DNA of 64,000 bases from Alphaproteobacteria bacterium. GTDB taxonomy: Bacteria; Pseudomonadota; Alphaproteobacteria; UBA828. The translations under genes were made by a program, and so were the position numbers. Under the pieces are notes generated by a model, which saw only the letters and a program-made list of their open reading frames with translations, did not search any database and was not told the origin of the DNA. Shown here piece by piece: positions 27,812-37,624 of the stretch. The stretch spans positions 12,442 through 76,441 of the forward strand of contig JAJEEP010000165.1 of assembly GCA_022820945.1 (NCBI GenBank), read 5' to 3'. Position 1 is the stretch's first letter. Every line of letters starts with the position of its first letter.

Positions 27812-29029
27812 CTATAGCGCGGGGACGCCGCCTTCGAGAGGGATGATCTTCACCGCGGTGCCGCGCGCGGCCGCCGGCGCGTGGGGCGGCCGGACGACGA
27901 GGCATTGCGCCTGCACTAGCAGCGAGAGCATCGAGCTGTCCTGCTTCGCGAACGGCGTGGCGATCAGCGTGCCGCCCTCGTCGCGCGAGAGCGTTGCGCG
28001 CAGATAGTCTTCCCGCTCGTCGTTCTCCCTCACGTCGGCTCCGAGGCTCGCCTGCTCAACCATGGGATGGGCGCCCTCGTCGGTGCCGAGCATGCGCGCC
28101 ATCGCGGGCCTGAGGAAGATCAGCGCGCAGACGAGTGAGGAGACCGGGTTGCCCGGCAGGCCGAGCAGGCGGGTGCCGCCCACGGTGCCGAACATCAGTG
28201 GCTTGCCGGGCCGCATGGCGATCTTCCAGAAGTCGAGGGCGAGCCCTTCGTCCTTGAGCGCGTCGCGGATCAGGTCGTGCTCGCCCACCGAGGCGCCCCC
28301 GGTGGTGACCAGCAGGTCCGCGCCGCCCGCACCGGCGGCATGGCGCACGAGAGACTCCGGATCGTCGCGGGCGATGCCGAGGTCGATGGCCTCGCCGCCG
28401 CAGCCTTCCACCACTGCTCGCAGCGCGTGGGTGTTGGAACTCACGATCTGGTTGGCGCCCAGCGGCTCGCCGGGCATGACGATCTCGTCGCCGGTGGCCA
28501 GCAGGGCGATGCGCGGCTTGCGGCGGACCGTGAGCCACGGCTGGTTCATGGCGGCAGCGAGGCCGATGGCGCGCGCGTCCAGCCGCCGCCCCGCCGGGAC
28601 GCCCACCTCGCCCGCGCGAAAGTCGAGCCCGGCGGGGCGGATGTAGCGGCCCGCCGGCGCGCCTGCGCGCACGGCGACGGTATCGCCGTCGGCTTCGGTG
28701 TTCTCCTGAATCACGATGGTGTCGGCACCGTCTGGCACCGGGGCGCCGGTGAAGATGCGCACCGTCTCGCCGGGGCCGACCGTGCCTTCGTAGCGCGCGC
28801 CGGCCGGCACGCTGCCGATCTGGCGCAGCGTGGTGGGCACCTCCACCACATCGGCGGCGCGCGCCGCGTAACCGTCCATCGCCGAGACGGCGAAGGGCGG
28901 CTGCGTGAGGCGGGCGACGACATCCGCCGCCAGCACGCGGCCGTGGGCTGCGGCAAGGGGGACGGTCTCTGCCGGCAGCGGCGAAAAGGCGGCGGTGATG
29001 CGGGCGACAGCCTCTGCGACCGGAATCAT
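27812..29029 (-). CDS. moeA: Molybdopterin molybdotransferase
   Basis: 405 aa with MoeA motifs (PPFAVSAMDGYA, LATGDE, TTGGASVGEHD, PGNPVS). Confidence 0.9.
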   Translation of the reverse strand: MIPVAEAVARITAAFSPLPAETVPLAAAHGRVLAADVVARLTQPPFAVSAMDGYAARAADVVEVPTTLRQIGSVPAGARYEGTVGPGETVRIFTGAPVPDGADTIVIQENTEADGDTVAVRAGAPAGRYIRPAGLDFRAGEVGVPAGRRLDARAIGLAAAMNQPWLTVRRKPRIALLATGDEIVMPGEPLGANQIVSSNTHALRAVVEGCGGEAIDLGIARDDPESLVRHAAGAGGADLLVTTGGASVGEHDLIRDALKDEGLALDFWKIAMRPGKPLMFGTVGGTRLLGLPGNPVSSLVCALIFLRPAMARMLGTDEGAHPMVEQASLGADVRENDEREDYLRATLSRDEGGTLIATPFAKQDSSMLSLLVQAQCLVVRPPHAPAAARGTAVKIIPLEGGVPAL

Positions 29030-29032
29030 CGG

Positions 29033-30343
29033 TCAGGGCGCCTTGAAGTCGCCGGACCGGCCGCCCGCCTTGTGGGTGAGCCGCACGTCGGTGATGCGCA
29101 TGCCGCGATCCGCGGCCTTGCACATGTCGTAGACGGTGAGCGCGGCGACGCCGGCTGCGGTCAGCGCCTCCATCTCGACCCCGGTGCGCGCGGTGATGCG
29201 GCAGCTCGCCTCGATATCGACGGCACCTTCCGCCTCGTCGCAGGCGAGGGTCACGTCCACGGCGCTGAGCGCGAGCGGATGGCAGAGCGGGATCAGGTCG
29301 GCGGTCCGCTTGGCGGCCATGATTCCGGCAAGGCGGGCGACGCCCAGCACGTCTCCCTTGGCGACGCCGCCTTCGGCGATCAGGCGCACGGTCTCGGGCT
29401 TCATCAGCACCCGCGCCCGCGCCGTGGCCCGGCGCTCGGTGACCTCCTTCTCGGTCACGTCCACCATGCGCGCCTTGCCGTCTTCGTCGAGGTGCGTGAG
29501 CCGCGCCATCGCCCAGCCCTCGGCCGCCCGAGCGCCCGATGCAGCGCCGGAGACGGGCGCGAGCAGCGCCGCCGTCGCCTCTGCGACATCGGCCTGGCGC
29601 ATGAGGGATTCGCCCACCAGGAAGCGGCGCACGCCGAGCGCCGTCATGCGGGCGATGTCGTCGGGGCCATGCAGGCCGCTCTCGCAGACGATGGGCGGCC
29701 CGCCGGCGGCGAGCGGCGCGAGGCGCTCGGTGGTCGCGAGATCGACCTCCAGGGTCTTGAGGTTGCGGTTGTTGATGCCGAGCAGCGAGGCCTCGAGCCG
29801 GAGCGCGCGCCAGAGCTCGGGCTCGTCATGCACCTCCACCAGCGTGTCCATGCCGAGCTCGTGCGCCGCCGCCGCAAGCTCGGCGGCCTGGCCGTCTTCC
29901 AGGGCGGCCATGATGAGCAGGATGCAGTCCGCGCCGAGCGCCCGCGCTTCCACCACCTGGTAGGGGTCGAGCATGAAGTCCTTGCGCAGCACGGGGAGCG
30001 AGACCGCCGCGTGCGCCTCGGTGAGAAACCGGTCCTCCCCCTGGAAATAGGGCCTGTCGGTCAGCACCGAGAGGCAGGCCGCGCCGCCGGTGGCATAGGC
30101 GGCCGCCAGCGCCGGCGGGTCGAAGTCGGCGCGGATCAGGCCCTTGCTCGGCGAGGCCTTCTTGAGTTCGGCGATGAGCGCCGGACGACCTGAGTCGGCG
30201 ACCGCGCCGAGCGCTGCGGCGAAACCGCGCGGTGCCTCGACCGCCTGCGCGCGTTCCGCCAGCGCTGCTTGCGAGACGGCCCGCTTGCGGGCCGCGACAT
30301 GGTGGCGCTTGTCGTCGCAGATCCTGGCGAGAACGTCGCTCAT
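29033..30343 (-). CDS. trpC: Indole-3-glycerol-phosphate synthase (TrpC) fused in frame to cyclic pyranopterin monophosphate synthase (MoaC)
   Basis: The ATG at 30343 overlaps the trpD stop (ATGA). The TrpC motifs are [17 protein letters not shown] and NNRNL. There is no stop codon before the MoaC part, which begins at an internal ATG at 29509 ([19 protein letters not shown]...IPLCHPL...). I checked the junction ...[16 protein letters not shown]... codon by codon. Confidence 0.8.
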   Translation of the reverse strand: MSDVLARICDDKRHHVAARKRAVSQAALAERAQAVEAPRGFAAALGAVADSGRPALIAELKKASPSKGLIRADFDPPALAAAYATGGAACLSVLTDRPYFQGEDRFLTEAHAAVSLPVLRKDFMLDPYQVVEARALGADCILLIMAALEDGQAAELAAAAHELGMDTLVEVHDEPELWRALRLEASLLGINNRNLKTLEVDLATTERLAPLAAGGPPIVCESGLHGPDDIARMTALGVRRFLVGESLMRQADVAEATAALLAPVSGAASGARAAEGWAMARLTHLDEDGKARMVDVTEKEVTERRATARARVLMKPETVRLIAEGGVAKGDVLGVARLAGIMAAKRTADLIPLCHPLALSAVDVTLACDEAEGAVDIEASCRITARTGVEMEALTAAGVAALTVYDMCKAADRGMRITDVRLTHKAGGRSGDFKAP

Positions 30344-31398
30344 CGGCCGGTCCCGCCCTGGGCCTCGGCCGGCGTGCCGCGACCGCTGATCTCGACGAGG
30401 CGGCCGAGCGTCGCCTGCGCCTCGCCGCTGTCGATCGCGTCGGCGGTGATGTGGACGCCTTCCCGCAAGTCGTCGGCGCGGCCGGCGACGACGAGCGCCG
30501 CGGCGGCATTGAGCAGCACGATGTCGCGCGCGGGACCGGGCTCGCCGGCGAGCACCCCGCGAACGATGCCGGCGTTGGTCTCCGGGTCGCCGCCCTTCAG
30601 GTCCTCGGGTGCGGCCCGCCGCAGGCCGGCCTCCTCCGGCGCGACCTCGAAGCGGCGGATCGTGCCGCCGTCGAGCTCCACGACGGCGGAGGGGCCCGTG
30701 GTGGTGAGCTCGTCGGTGCCGTCGCTGCCGTGGACGACCCAGACGCGCTCGGAGCCGAGATTGCGCAGCACCTCGGCCATGGGCGCCGCCCACTTGGGAT
30801 CGAACACGCCGATCACCTGGCGCTTCGCGCCCGCCGGGTTCGAGAGCGGGCCCAGCAGGTTGAAGACGGTCCGCGTGCCAAGCTCGACGCGGGTCGGACC
30901 CACGTGGCGCATGGCGCCGTGGTGCCGGGGCGCCATGAGGAAGCCGATCCCGGCCTCCCACAGGGCTTCGCGGACGAGCGCCATGTCCGCGTCGATGGTG
31001 ACACCGAGGGCCGCCAGCAGGTCGGCCGAGCCCGAACGCGAGGAAAGCGCCCGGTTGCCGTGCTTGGCGACGGGCACGCCGCAACCGGCGGCCACCAGCG
31101 CGGCGGCGGTCGAGATGTTGAAGGTGCCCTTGGCGTCGCCGCCCGTGCCGCAGGTGTCGATGGTGCCCTCCGGCGCGTCGATGCTGAGCGCGCGGGCTCG
31201 CATGGCCTGCGCCCCGCCGGTGATCTCATCCACCGTCTCGCCCCGCACGCGGAGCGCCATGAGGAAGCCGCCCATCTGCGACGGCGTCGCCTCGCCTTCC
31301 ATCATCGCGTCGAAGGCGGCGCGCGATTCCTCGACGGTAAGCGACGCGCCGGTCGCGACACGCCCGATGAGCGTCTTGAAGTCGGTGGAGTCCGTCAT
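30340..31398 (-). CDS. trpD: Anthranilate phosphoribosyltransferase
   Basis: Motifs [26 protein letters not shown] and the overall TrpD pattern. Confidence 0.92.
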   Translation of the reverse strand: MTDSTDFKTLIGRVATGASLTVEESRAAFDAMMEGEATPSQMGGFLMALRVRGETVDEITGGAQAMRARALSIDAPEGTIDTCGTGGDAKGTFNISTAAALVAAGCGVPVAKHGNRALSSRSGSADLLAALGVTIDADMALVREALWEAGIGFLMAPRHHGAMRHVGPTRVELGTRTVFNLLGPLSNPAGAKRQVIGVFDPKWAAPMAEVLRNLGSERVWVVHGSDGTDELTTTGPSAVVELDGGTIRRFEVAPEEAGLRRAAPEDLKGGDPETNAGIVRGVLAGEPGPARDIVLLNAAAALVVAGRADDLREGVHITADAIDSGEAQATLGRLVEISGRGTPAEAQGGTGR

Positions 31399-31531
31399 GG
31401 AGGTCAGAAGCCCGCTCGCTCACCGGTATCGGGCGACACCGCCCGGCCGATGCGCTCCGTGTTATAGCCCGTTCTCGACGAAACGCCATGCGGCGTCGGC
31501 GATGTCTGCCGAGGTGGCATCCAGCGCAATC

Positions 31532-32803
31532 TCAGGACTCGGGATAGGCGTCGAAGGCGATGCCGATACGCTCGCCCGGCCCGTCGAAGGGCAGGGTGCC
31601 GTGAAAGACGTAGGACGGGAAGAGCAGGGCGGTGCCGGCCTGCGGCGGGCGGCTGACACAGTGGAAGGTGCTCCCTTCGGGCAGGGCGTGGTCGGGACGA
31701 CCGAACTCGAGCCAGCCGCCGCGGTCGGAGCTCTCGGCGCCGATCTGCGCGGGCACCGCGACATAGTAGACCCCGCTGAGCCACGCGCTCTCATGGATGT
31801 GCGGCGGGTGCCGGCCGCCGGCGGTCAGGATCGAGGCGATCAGCGTGAGCCGGTATCGCCGGGGGATGCGGGCGAGGAAGGGGCTCTCCGAGTCTGCCGT
31901 CAGGGTCTCCCGGTAGGCGTCGATGGCGGCACGCAGGGCGCGCTCCAGGTTACGGATGGGCGGGCTCGGTTCGGCCAGCAGGTCCTGGGTCACGGCACCG
32001 TTGCGGGTGACACGGTTGGGCGGCTCCCAGACCAGGGAGGGCGCTTCGCGAACGGCGGTGGCGAGCGTCTCGTTGAAGGTGTCGATGTCGCCACTGCCGG
32101 GCGGCGGCGTGAGGGAGATGCGGGTCACGAAGCGGTCGAAATCGTAGAGGCTGCTGCCGGCGTCGCCATCGCCCCCGATTTGCTCGGCGAGCGCGCGGGT
32201 CGCCAGCGCGTTCTGGCAGAACGGGTCGATAGCGAGCGCCGCGGCGCAGGCGGCCAGCGCGCGATCGACCGTGCCGAGGGCGAGATGGGTCCGCGCCAGG
32301 CGGTGGTGCGCCTGCAGGTCGTAGGGGTCAAGGGCGATGGCCTTGCGGTAGGCCGTCGCCGCCTCTCCCAGCTCGCTGGACTCGCTCAGCGCGTTGCCGA
32401 GATTGGTGTGGGCGTTGGCGTAATCGGGGCGGAGCGCGACAGCGCGCTCCAGCACGGCGCGGGCCTCGGCGGCCTGTCCGGTTTCGAGGAGGAGGATGCC
32501 GAAGCTGTTGTGCGCCTCGGCGTAAGTGGGCGCCGCCTCGGTCGCCTGGCGCAGCAGCGCTGCCGCCTCGTCGAAGCGGCTGCAGCGGTAGCGGGCGACG
32601 CCGGCAAAGTGCAGGACACTCGGGTCCTCCGCCCCGTCGCCTGCCAGCAGCTTGGAAAGGAGTTGGTCCGCCCGGTGAGGACGGCCCTCCTTCATGTGGC
32701 GCGCGGCGCGGGCGAGGACATCCCTGTGTGCAATCCCCTCGGCGCCCGCGGGTGTGCCGACGGCGCTGGCCGCCGATTGCCGTCGTCTTGCTCTCCGGTT
32801 CAT
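31532..32803 (-). CDS. TPR-repeat protein with a C-terminal 2OG-Fe(II)-oxygenase-like (cupin) domain
   Basis: The N-terminal ~200 aa consist of TPR units (AEAHNSFGILLLETGQAAEA..., ANAHTNLGNAL...). The C-terminal part carries HPPHIHESAWLSGVYYV...FPSYVFHGT, resembling the TIGR02466/2OG-FeII_Oxy_5 type. Confidence 0.7.
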   Translation of the reverse strand: MNRRARRRQSAASAVGTPAGAEGIAHRDVLARAARHMKEGRPHRADQLLSKLLAGDGAEDPSVLHFAGVARYRCSRFDEAAALLRQATEAAPTYAEAHNSFGILLLETGQAAEARAVLERAVALRPDYANAHTNLGNALSESSELGEAATAYRKAIALDPYDLQAHHRLARTHLALGTVDRALAACAAALAIDPFCQNALATRALAEQIGGDGDAGSSLYDFDRFVTRISLTPPPGSGDIDTFNETLATAVREAPSLVWEPPNRVTRNGAVTQDLLAEPSPPIRNLERALRAAIDAYRETLTADSESPFLARIPRRYRLTLIASILTAGGRHPPHIHESAWLSGVYYVAVPAQIGAESSDRGGWLEFGRPDHALPEGSTFHCVSRPPQAGTALLFPSYVFHGTLPFDGPGERIGIAFDAYPES

Positions 32804-32894
32804 CGTGTCTGCCGCCCTGTGCGGACGGTTCGATACCCTCTCGGCTAGAGCGGGGTCGCCGCCCTGACGTCGGGCTCGGGTGGCCCGGCGGCGA

Positions 32895-33026
32895 TCAGCG
32901 GGCCGTCAGGCCGACGTTGATCAGCGGCGTTTCCAAGGCGGAGCCAAGGATGATCATCAGGGCCAGGAACACCCAGAACACGTTGTCGGCGCAGAGCTGA
33001 AGGATGCGCCTGGTTTTCGGGTTCAT
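32895..33026 (-). CDS. Possible 43-aa membrane peptide
   Basis: The internal ATG at 33026 of track ORF 32895..33218 is preceded by AGGAG 8 nt upstream. Translation: MNPKTRRILQLCADNVFWVFLALMIILGSALETPLINVGLTAR, with one TM helix. Confidence 0.35.
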   Translation of the reverse strand: MNPKTRRILQLCADNVFWVFLALMIILGSALETPLINVGLTAR

Positions 33027-33180
33027 GGCCGTGCTCCTATTGCCGCCGCTTTCGCTGGCCGGAGCCATGATTCCAAGTGAGCGAGAAGAACGCAACCGCC
33101 CGCAAACATGGCCTCCGATACGAAATTCGTAGTACCAGGGTCCGAGATTCGTAAAACTCGTTAATCGAATGCCACTCTGT

Positions 33181-33210
33181 TGACATTGTCGTTGAACGAG
33201 AGAGACTATC
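33181..33210 (+). promoter_or_regulatory. Candidate sigma-70-type promoter for the urt-like operon
   Basis: TTGACA at 33181-33186, then about 18 nt, then GACTAT, roughly 100 nt upstream of the binding-protein start in an AT-richer spacer. Confidence 0.25.
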
Positions 33211-33306
33211 GCCCACACGGACGCATTTTATCGTCGCGGCGGCGGCGGGCCGTACACTGTCTCGTGGGCGGTGCAACATCAGCGAATTGCAAGGGAGACC
33301 TCCAAC

Positions 33307-34650
33307 ATGCGTGTCAACAGACGGACCATCCTTAAAGGGGCATTGGCGGGGACGGCCGGCGTCGCGGCCGGATTCCCCCACCTCTACGTCAAGGACTTCG
33401 GGCAGGCCTGGGGCGCGAAGCCCTGGATCTACGAGGACGAGCCCATCAAGGTCGGGCTCCTGTGGTCGCAGACCGGCAACCTCTCGGTCGTCGAGAATGA
33501 TTCGACCCAGGTTTCGCTCTACGCGATCGACGAAATCAACGCGGCGGGCGGCATCGCGGGCAAGCAGGTCGAGCCGGTGGTGGTCGACGCCAAGTCCGAC
33601 ATCAAGGTCTATTCGGAGAAGATCACGCAGCTCATTCTCCGCGACCGCGTGGTGTCGGTGCACGGCAGCTACACCTCGGCGAGCCGGCGTGCGGTCATGC
33701 CGATCGTGATGAAGTGGGATCATCTCTACTACTACCCGACCTGCTACGAGGGCCGGGAGTGCATGCAGAACATCATCAACACCGGGCCGCTGGCGAACCA
33801 GCACTCCTACGACCTGGTGCCGTTCATGGTGGAGAACTTCGGCCCCAAGACCTATCTGGTCGGCTCCAACTACATCTGGCCGAAGGAGTCTAACAAGAAC
33901 GTCAAGGTCTGGCTGGAGCGGGCCGGCGGCGAGGTGCTCGGCGAGGACTACATCCCCCTCGGCGGCTCCGAGTTCGCGCCGGTCTTCAACAAGATCCGCC
34001 AGCAGCAGCCCGACTGGATCATGTCGACCGTGGTCGGCGACTCCGACATCGCGCTGCACCGGCAGTTCCTGCAGGAAGGCTTCAAGTCCGACAAGACGCC
34101 GATCGCATCGCTTACCACCGGTGAGATCGAGACCCGCGCCATGGGCAACGAGGCCGGCGCCGGTCACTTCCTGTCCGCGCCTTACTTCCAGACCCTGCAG
34201 AACCCGACGAACGAGAAGTTCGTGGAGGGTTATCTCTCAAGCCAGTATGGCGGCGGCGGCGTTACCCACTACAACATGGAAGAGACCTATCTCGGGATCT
34301 ACGTGTGGAAGAAGGGTGTCGAGCGGGCGCTCGAGGAGACGGGCGGCGACTGGGAAGCCATCACGCCGCGCATGATCCGCGACGTCAGCGGCAACTGGCG
34401 CGACCAAGGCCCGGTGGGGCTGACCGACGAGGAAAGCCCGGAAGGCAAGGTCTGGATCGATCCGGACAATTTCAACATCTGGCTGAAGCCCAAGATCGGC
34501 CAATGCGGTGCGGACGGACAGTTCACCATCGTGCGCCAGGCCGACGAGCACGTCGGGCCGGATCCCTACGCGATCTATCCCGAGCGCGGCGTCTGCAAGG
34601 CCGACGGCCTGCACCGGCCGGACGGTACGGTGCAGAAGGACGTTCTGTAA
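33307..34650 (+). CDS. urtA: Urea/short-chain-amide ABC transporter substrate-binding protein (UrtA/FmdD/AmiC family), Tat-type signal
   Basis: ATG at 33307 with AAGGGAGA upstream. Twin-arginine-like leader (MRVNRRTILKGALAGTAGVAAG). UrtA-like core (IKVGLLWSQTGNLS..., IDEINAAGGIAGKQVEPVVVD, SYTSASRRAVMP, YYYPTCYEG). Confidence 0.8.
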   Translation: MRVNRRTILKGALAGTAGVAAGFPHLYVKDFGQAWGAKPWIYEDEPIKVGLLWSQTGNLSVVENDSTQVSLYAIDEINAAGGIAGKQVEPVVVDAKSDIKVYSEKITQLILRDRVVSVHGSYTSASRRAVMPIVMKWDHLYYYPTCYEGRECMQNIINTGPLANQHSYDLVPFMVENFGPKTYLVGSNYIWPKESNKNVKVWLERAGGEVLGEDYIPLGGSEFAPVFNKIRQQQPDWIMSTVVGDSDIALHRQFLQEGFKSDKTPIASLTTGEIETRAMGNEAGAGHFLSAPYFQTLQNPTNEKFVEGYLSSQYGGGGVTHYNMEETYLGIYVWKKGVERALEETGGDWEAITPRMIRDVSGNWRDQGPVGLTDEESPEGKVWIDPDNFNIWLKPKIGQCGADGQFTIVRQADEHVGPDPYAIYPERGVCKADGLHRPDGTVQKDVL

Positions 34651-34675
34651 GAGACCTGTTCGATCTGGTAGGTTC

Positions 34676-34702
34676 GGGGCGGAGAGACATTCTCTCCGCC
34701 CC
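34676..34702 (+). terminator. Perfect 11-bp stem-loop between the binding-protein and permease genes (intercistronic attenuator/stabiliser)
   Basis: GGGGCGGAGAG-ACATT-CTCTCCGCCCC. No U-tract follows it. Confidence 0.4.
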
Positions 34703-34795
34703 GCCGCTCCCCGACAGGGGATGTTGGCAGGCTGATCTCTCGGACACGCACCCGAGAGGCAGGACCGCAACAGGGAGAGAGGCGAGACTCTATTC

Positions 34796-35698
34796 ATGAG
34801 CGTCCACGATTTCTGGACACCCTTCGCCGCAGAACCGTTCATTAATGCGCTGATTATCGGGCTCAGCCTGGCCAGCATCTGGCTGGTCGCGGCGCTCGGG
34901 CTCACCATCATTTACGGCACCATGGGCGTGATCAACATGGCCCATGGCGAGTTCATCATGCTGGGGGCCTACTTCACCTGGATGATGCAATATTTCGGCG
35001 GGCTCCCCTGGCTGCTCTGCCTGCCAATCTCCTTCGTGCTCGTCGGCTTCATCGGATGGCTGGTCGAACGAGGGCTCATACGACACTTGTACGACCGACC
35101 ATTGGACACGCTCCTCGCGACATGGGGCGTATCCTTGGTCTTCATCCAGAGCATCCGGCTGATCTTCGGCGGCGAGCCGCAGTACGTCGCCGTGCCCGAG
35201 TGGCTGACCAGCGTGATGACGATCGACTTCGTGCATGTGCCCTGGATCAGGATCTTCATCTTCTTCGCGGCGCTGGCGCTGGTCGCCATCACCTGGGCGA
35301 TCCTGTTCAAGACCAACATCGGCATCCAGGTCCGCGCGGTGATGCAGAACCCGCAGATGGCGGCGTCCTTCGGCATCAATTCGAGCCGGGTCTACGGCCT
35401 CACCTTCGCCTACGGGGCCGGCCTCGCCGGTATCTCGGGCTCCATGTTCGCGGGCCTGAAGACGATCTTCCCGGATATGGGGCTGGGCTACGTGGTCGAG
35501 GCCTTCCTGGTGGTGGTGACGGGCGGCGGCGAGCTCTTCGGCAGCCTGGCGACCGCCGGCATCATGGGCGAGATGTTCTCGATCTTCTCCTACTTCACGA
35601 ACGACACCTTCGCCCGCTTCGTGCTGTTCATCCTGATCGTGATCTTCCTGCGCTTCCGCCCGCAGGGGATCTTCGCGCCCAGCATGGCGCGGCGCTAG
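34796..35698 (+). CDS. urtB: Urea-type ABC transporter permease UrtB
   Basis: UrtB-like N-terminus (GLSLASIWLVAALGLTIIYGTMGVINMAHGEFIMLGAY). Confidence 0.85.
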   Translation: MSVHDFWTPFAAEPFINALIIGLSLASIWLVAALGLTIIYGTMGVINMAHGEFIMLGAYFTWMMQYFGGLPWLLCLPISFVLVGFIGWLVERGLIRHLYDRPLDTLLATWGVSLVFIQSIRLIFGGEPQYVAVPEWLTSVMTIDFVHVPWIRIFIFFAALALVAITWAILFKTNIGIQVRAVMQNPQMAASFGINSSRVYGLTFAYGAGLAGISGSMFAGLKTIFPDMGLGYVVEAFLVVVTGGGELFGSLATAGIMGEMFSIFSYFTNDTFARFVLFILIVIFLRFRPQGIFAPSMARR

Positions 35699-35704
35699 GG
35701 CAGG

Positions 35705-36856
35705 GTGAACGTCATGCTGCTGGAAAGATTGAAACTGGAGCCGACGTCGCAGCGGCACAACCTCTACCACGACAAGCGCGCGCAGTGGGCGATGTACGTT
35801 GTGGCCTTCGGCGCGCTCGCCACGATCCCGCTGTTCATGGGCGACGACCCGTTCGCGCTCAACCAGTTCGCGCGCTACGGCGTCTTCGGCATGCTGGCAC
35901 TTTCGGTGAGCCTGGTGTGGGGCTTTGGCGGTATCCTCAGCCTGGGCCAGGGCATCGCCTTCGGCATGGCGGCCTACGGCATGGGCGCCACCATGCAGAT
36001 GCAGTACCAGGATCCGGAATACGACCCGATCCCGAGCTTCATGCTGACCAACGAGCTCGAGAAGCTGCCAACGGTCTGGGAGCCGTTCTGGCATACCGAG
36101 GTCGGGCTGATCCTGGCGCTCGGAATCCCGACGCTCTTCTTCGTCATCTTCGGCATTCTGATGTTCCAGGCGCGCCTGGCCGGCGCGTTCGTCGCCATCA
36201 TGACGCTCGCCATGCTCGGCGCCTGGTACAACATGGCCTACGACATGCAGCCGTTCACGGCGGGCTTCAACGGCATCTCCCCGCCCAACTCGTTCCAGGC
36301 CTTCGGAGTCGACGTCGATCCTTACAGCAGCATGATCTACTGGGTGGCGCTCGGTGTCCTGGCCGCGCTGACGCTCGGGACCAAGGCACTGCTCCAGAGC
36401 AAATTCGGCACCATAATTCAGGCGATACGCGACGACCCCGAACGAGCGCGCTTCCTCGGCTACAACGTCGCCTTCTATCAGGTGACGGTGTTCACGATCT
36501 CCGGCCTCATCGCCGCGATCGCGGGAATCGTCTGGGTGATGATCGTCCAGTACGTCTCGCCGACCTCGCTCGAGATCTTCTTCAGCATCACGATGGTGAT
36601 CTGGGCCGCCGTCGGCGGCAGGCTCTCGCTGTTCGGCGCGATCTTCGGCGCCATCTTCATCAACACGATCCAGAGCTACGTGGGCGACGAGTTCCAGGCC
36701 GCCTGGTTCGTGATCCTCGGCACGATCTTCATCGTCGTCGTGCGCTTCCTGCCGAAGGGCATTGCCGGGCTGTTCGAGATGATCGTGGGCCTCGTTCCCT
36801 ATCGCGGCCGTGCCCCGACGCAGCCGACCCTCGACCCCCGGCGGGCGGCGGACTAG
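35705..36856 (+). CDS. urtC: Urea-type ABC transporter permease UrtC
   Basis: 383-aa polytopic permease, 6 nt after urtB, with a LivM/UrtC-type pattern. Start is the GTG at 35705 or the ATG at 35714. Confidence 0.85.
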   Translation: MNVMLLERLKLEPTSQRHNLYHDKRAQWAMYVVAFGALATIPLFMGDDPFALNQFARYGVFGMLALSVSLVWGFGGILSLGQGIAFGMAAYGMGATMQMQYQDPEYDPIPSFMLTNELEKLPTVWEPFWHTEVGLILALGIPTLFFVIFGILMFQARLAGAFVAIMTLAMLGAWYNMAYDMQPFTAGFNGISPPNSFQAFGVDVDPYSSMIYWVALGVLAALTLGTKALLQSKFGTIIQAIRDDPERARFLGYNVAFYQVTVFTISGLIAAIAGIVWVMIVQYVSPTSLEIFFSITMVIWAAVGGRLSLFGAIFGAIFINTIQSYVGDEFQAAWFVILGTIFIVVVRFLPKGIAGLFEMIVGLVPYRGRAPTQPTLDPRRAAD

Positions 36857-36868
36857 GAGGGCGCGGAC

Positions 36869-37624
36869 GTGAGCGCGATTCTCGAAGTCACGGACGTGAC
36901 CAAGGCCTACGACGAGTACAAGGTCGTCGACAGCTTCAGCTTTCAGGTCGAACAGGGCGAGCTGCGCTGCCTGCTCGGGCCGAACGGTGCCGGCAAGACG
37001 ACGACGATGGACCTGATCACCGGCCGCCAGAAGGTGACGGGGGGCAAGATCATGTTCCAGGGCCGGGACATCACCGGCCTGCCGGAGCACCGGATCGTGA
37101 AGCACGGGATCGGCCGCAAGTTCCAGGTGCCTGCGGTGTTCAGGGATCTCACCGTACGCGAGAACCTGCAGGTCGCGAACACGCATACCACCAATCCCTT
37201 TTTCAACATGATCACGTTCCGCCAGCGGGCGGGGCGCGAGCGCCTGAATGAGATCGTGGAGCTGGTGGGACTGGAGGATCGGCTGGACGAGATCGGCGGC
37301 AATCTCAGCCACGGCGAGACCCAGTGGCTCGAGATCGGCATGGTGCTCACCCAGGACCCCAAGCTCCTGCTCATGGACGAGCCCACAGCCGGCATGACCG
37401 AGCAGGAGACCCACCGCACCTCCGAAATCTTCAACCGGCTGAAGGGCACGCACACGCTGGTCGTGGTCGAGCACGACATGGCCTTCGTGCGCGAGATTGC
37501 CGACATCATCACGCTCATGCATCTGGGCAAGACCCTGGCGGAGGGCCCCATGCACGAGGTGGAGAACGATCCGAAGGTGCGCGAGGTCTACCTCGGTGCC
37601 GAGGGCATCAGCGATGCTGCTTGA
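36869..37624 (+). CDS. urtD: Urea-type ABC transporter ATP-binding protein UrtD
   Basis: Motifs GPNGAGKTTTMDLITG and GIGRKFQVPAVF (characteristic of UrtD), LSHGETQWLE, LLMDEPT. Confidence 0.88.
   Translation: MSAILEVTDVTKAYDEYKVVDSFSFQVEQGELRCLLGPNGAGKTTTMDLITGRQKVTGGKIMFQGRDITGLPEHRIVKHGIGRKFQVPAVFRDLTVRENLQVANTHTTNPFFNMITFRQRAGRERLNEIVELVGLEDRLDEIGGNLSHGETQWLEIGMVLTQDPKLLLMDEPTAGMTEQETHRTSEIFNRLKGTHTLVVVEHDMAFVREIADIITLMHLGKTLAEGPMHEVENDPKVREVYLGAEGISDAA

Noticed and set aside
32895-33218. The full 107-aa version of the minus-strand ORF upstream of the urt-like operon.
   Set aside because: The N-terminal 64 residues run through the AT-richer promoter-like spacer, have odd composition and lack an RBS. 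Only the C-terminal 43-aa part has a good AGGAG-ATG context and a TM helix.
33130-33240. Possible guanidine-I (ykkC) riboswitch upstream of the urea-type ABC operon, suggested by CCAGGGTCCGAGA and CACACGGACG strings.
   Set aside because: Only two short strings resemble conserved ykkC segments (GGUCCGAGAG, ACACGG). The CUAGGGUUCCG block, the GGGA...AAAAGCCCGGGAGA 3' element and the expected helices are absent. One string is also merged where two separate conserved regions should be. This is most likely chance similarity, and an Infernal search would settle it.
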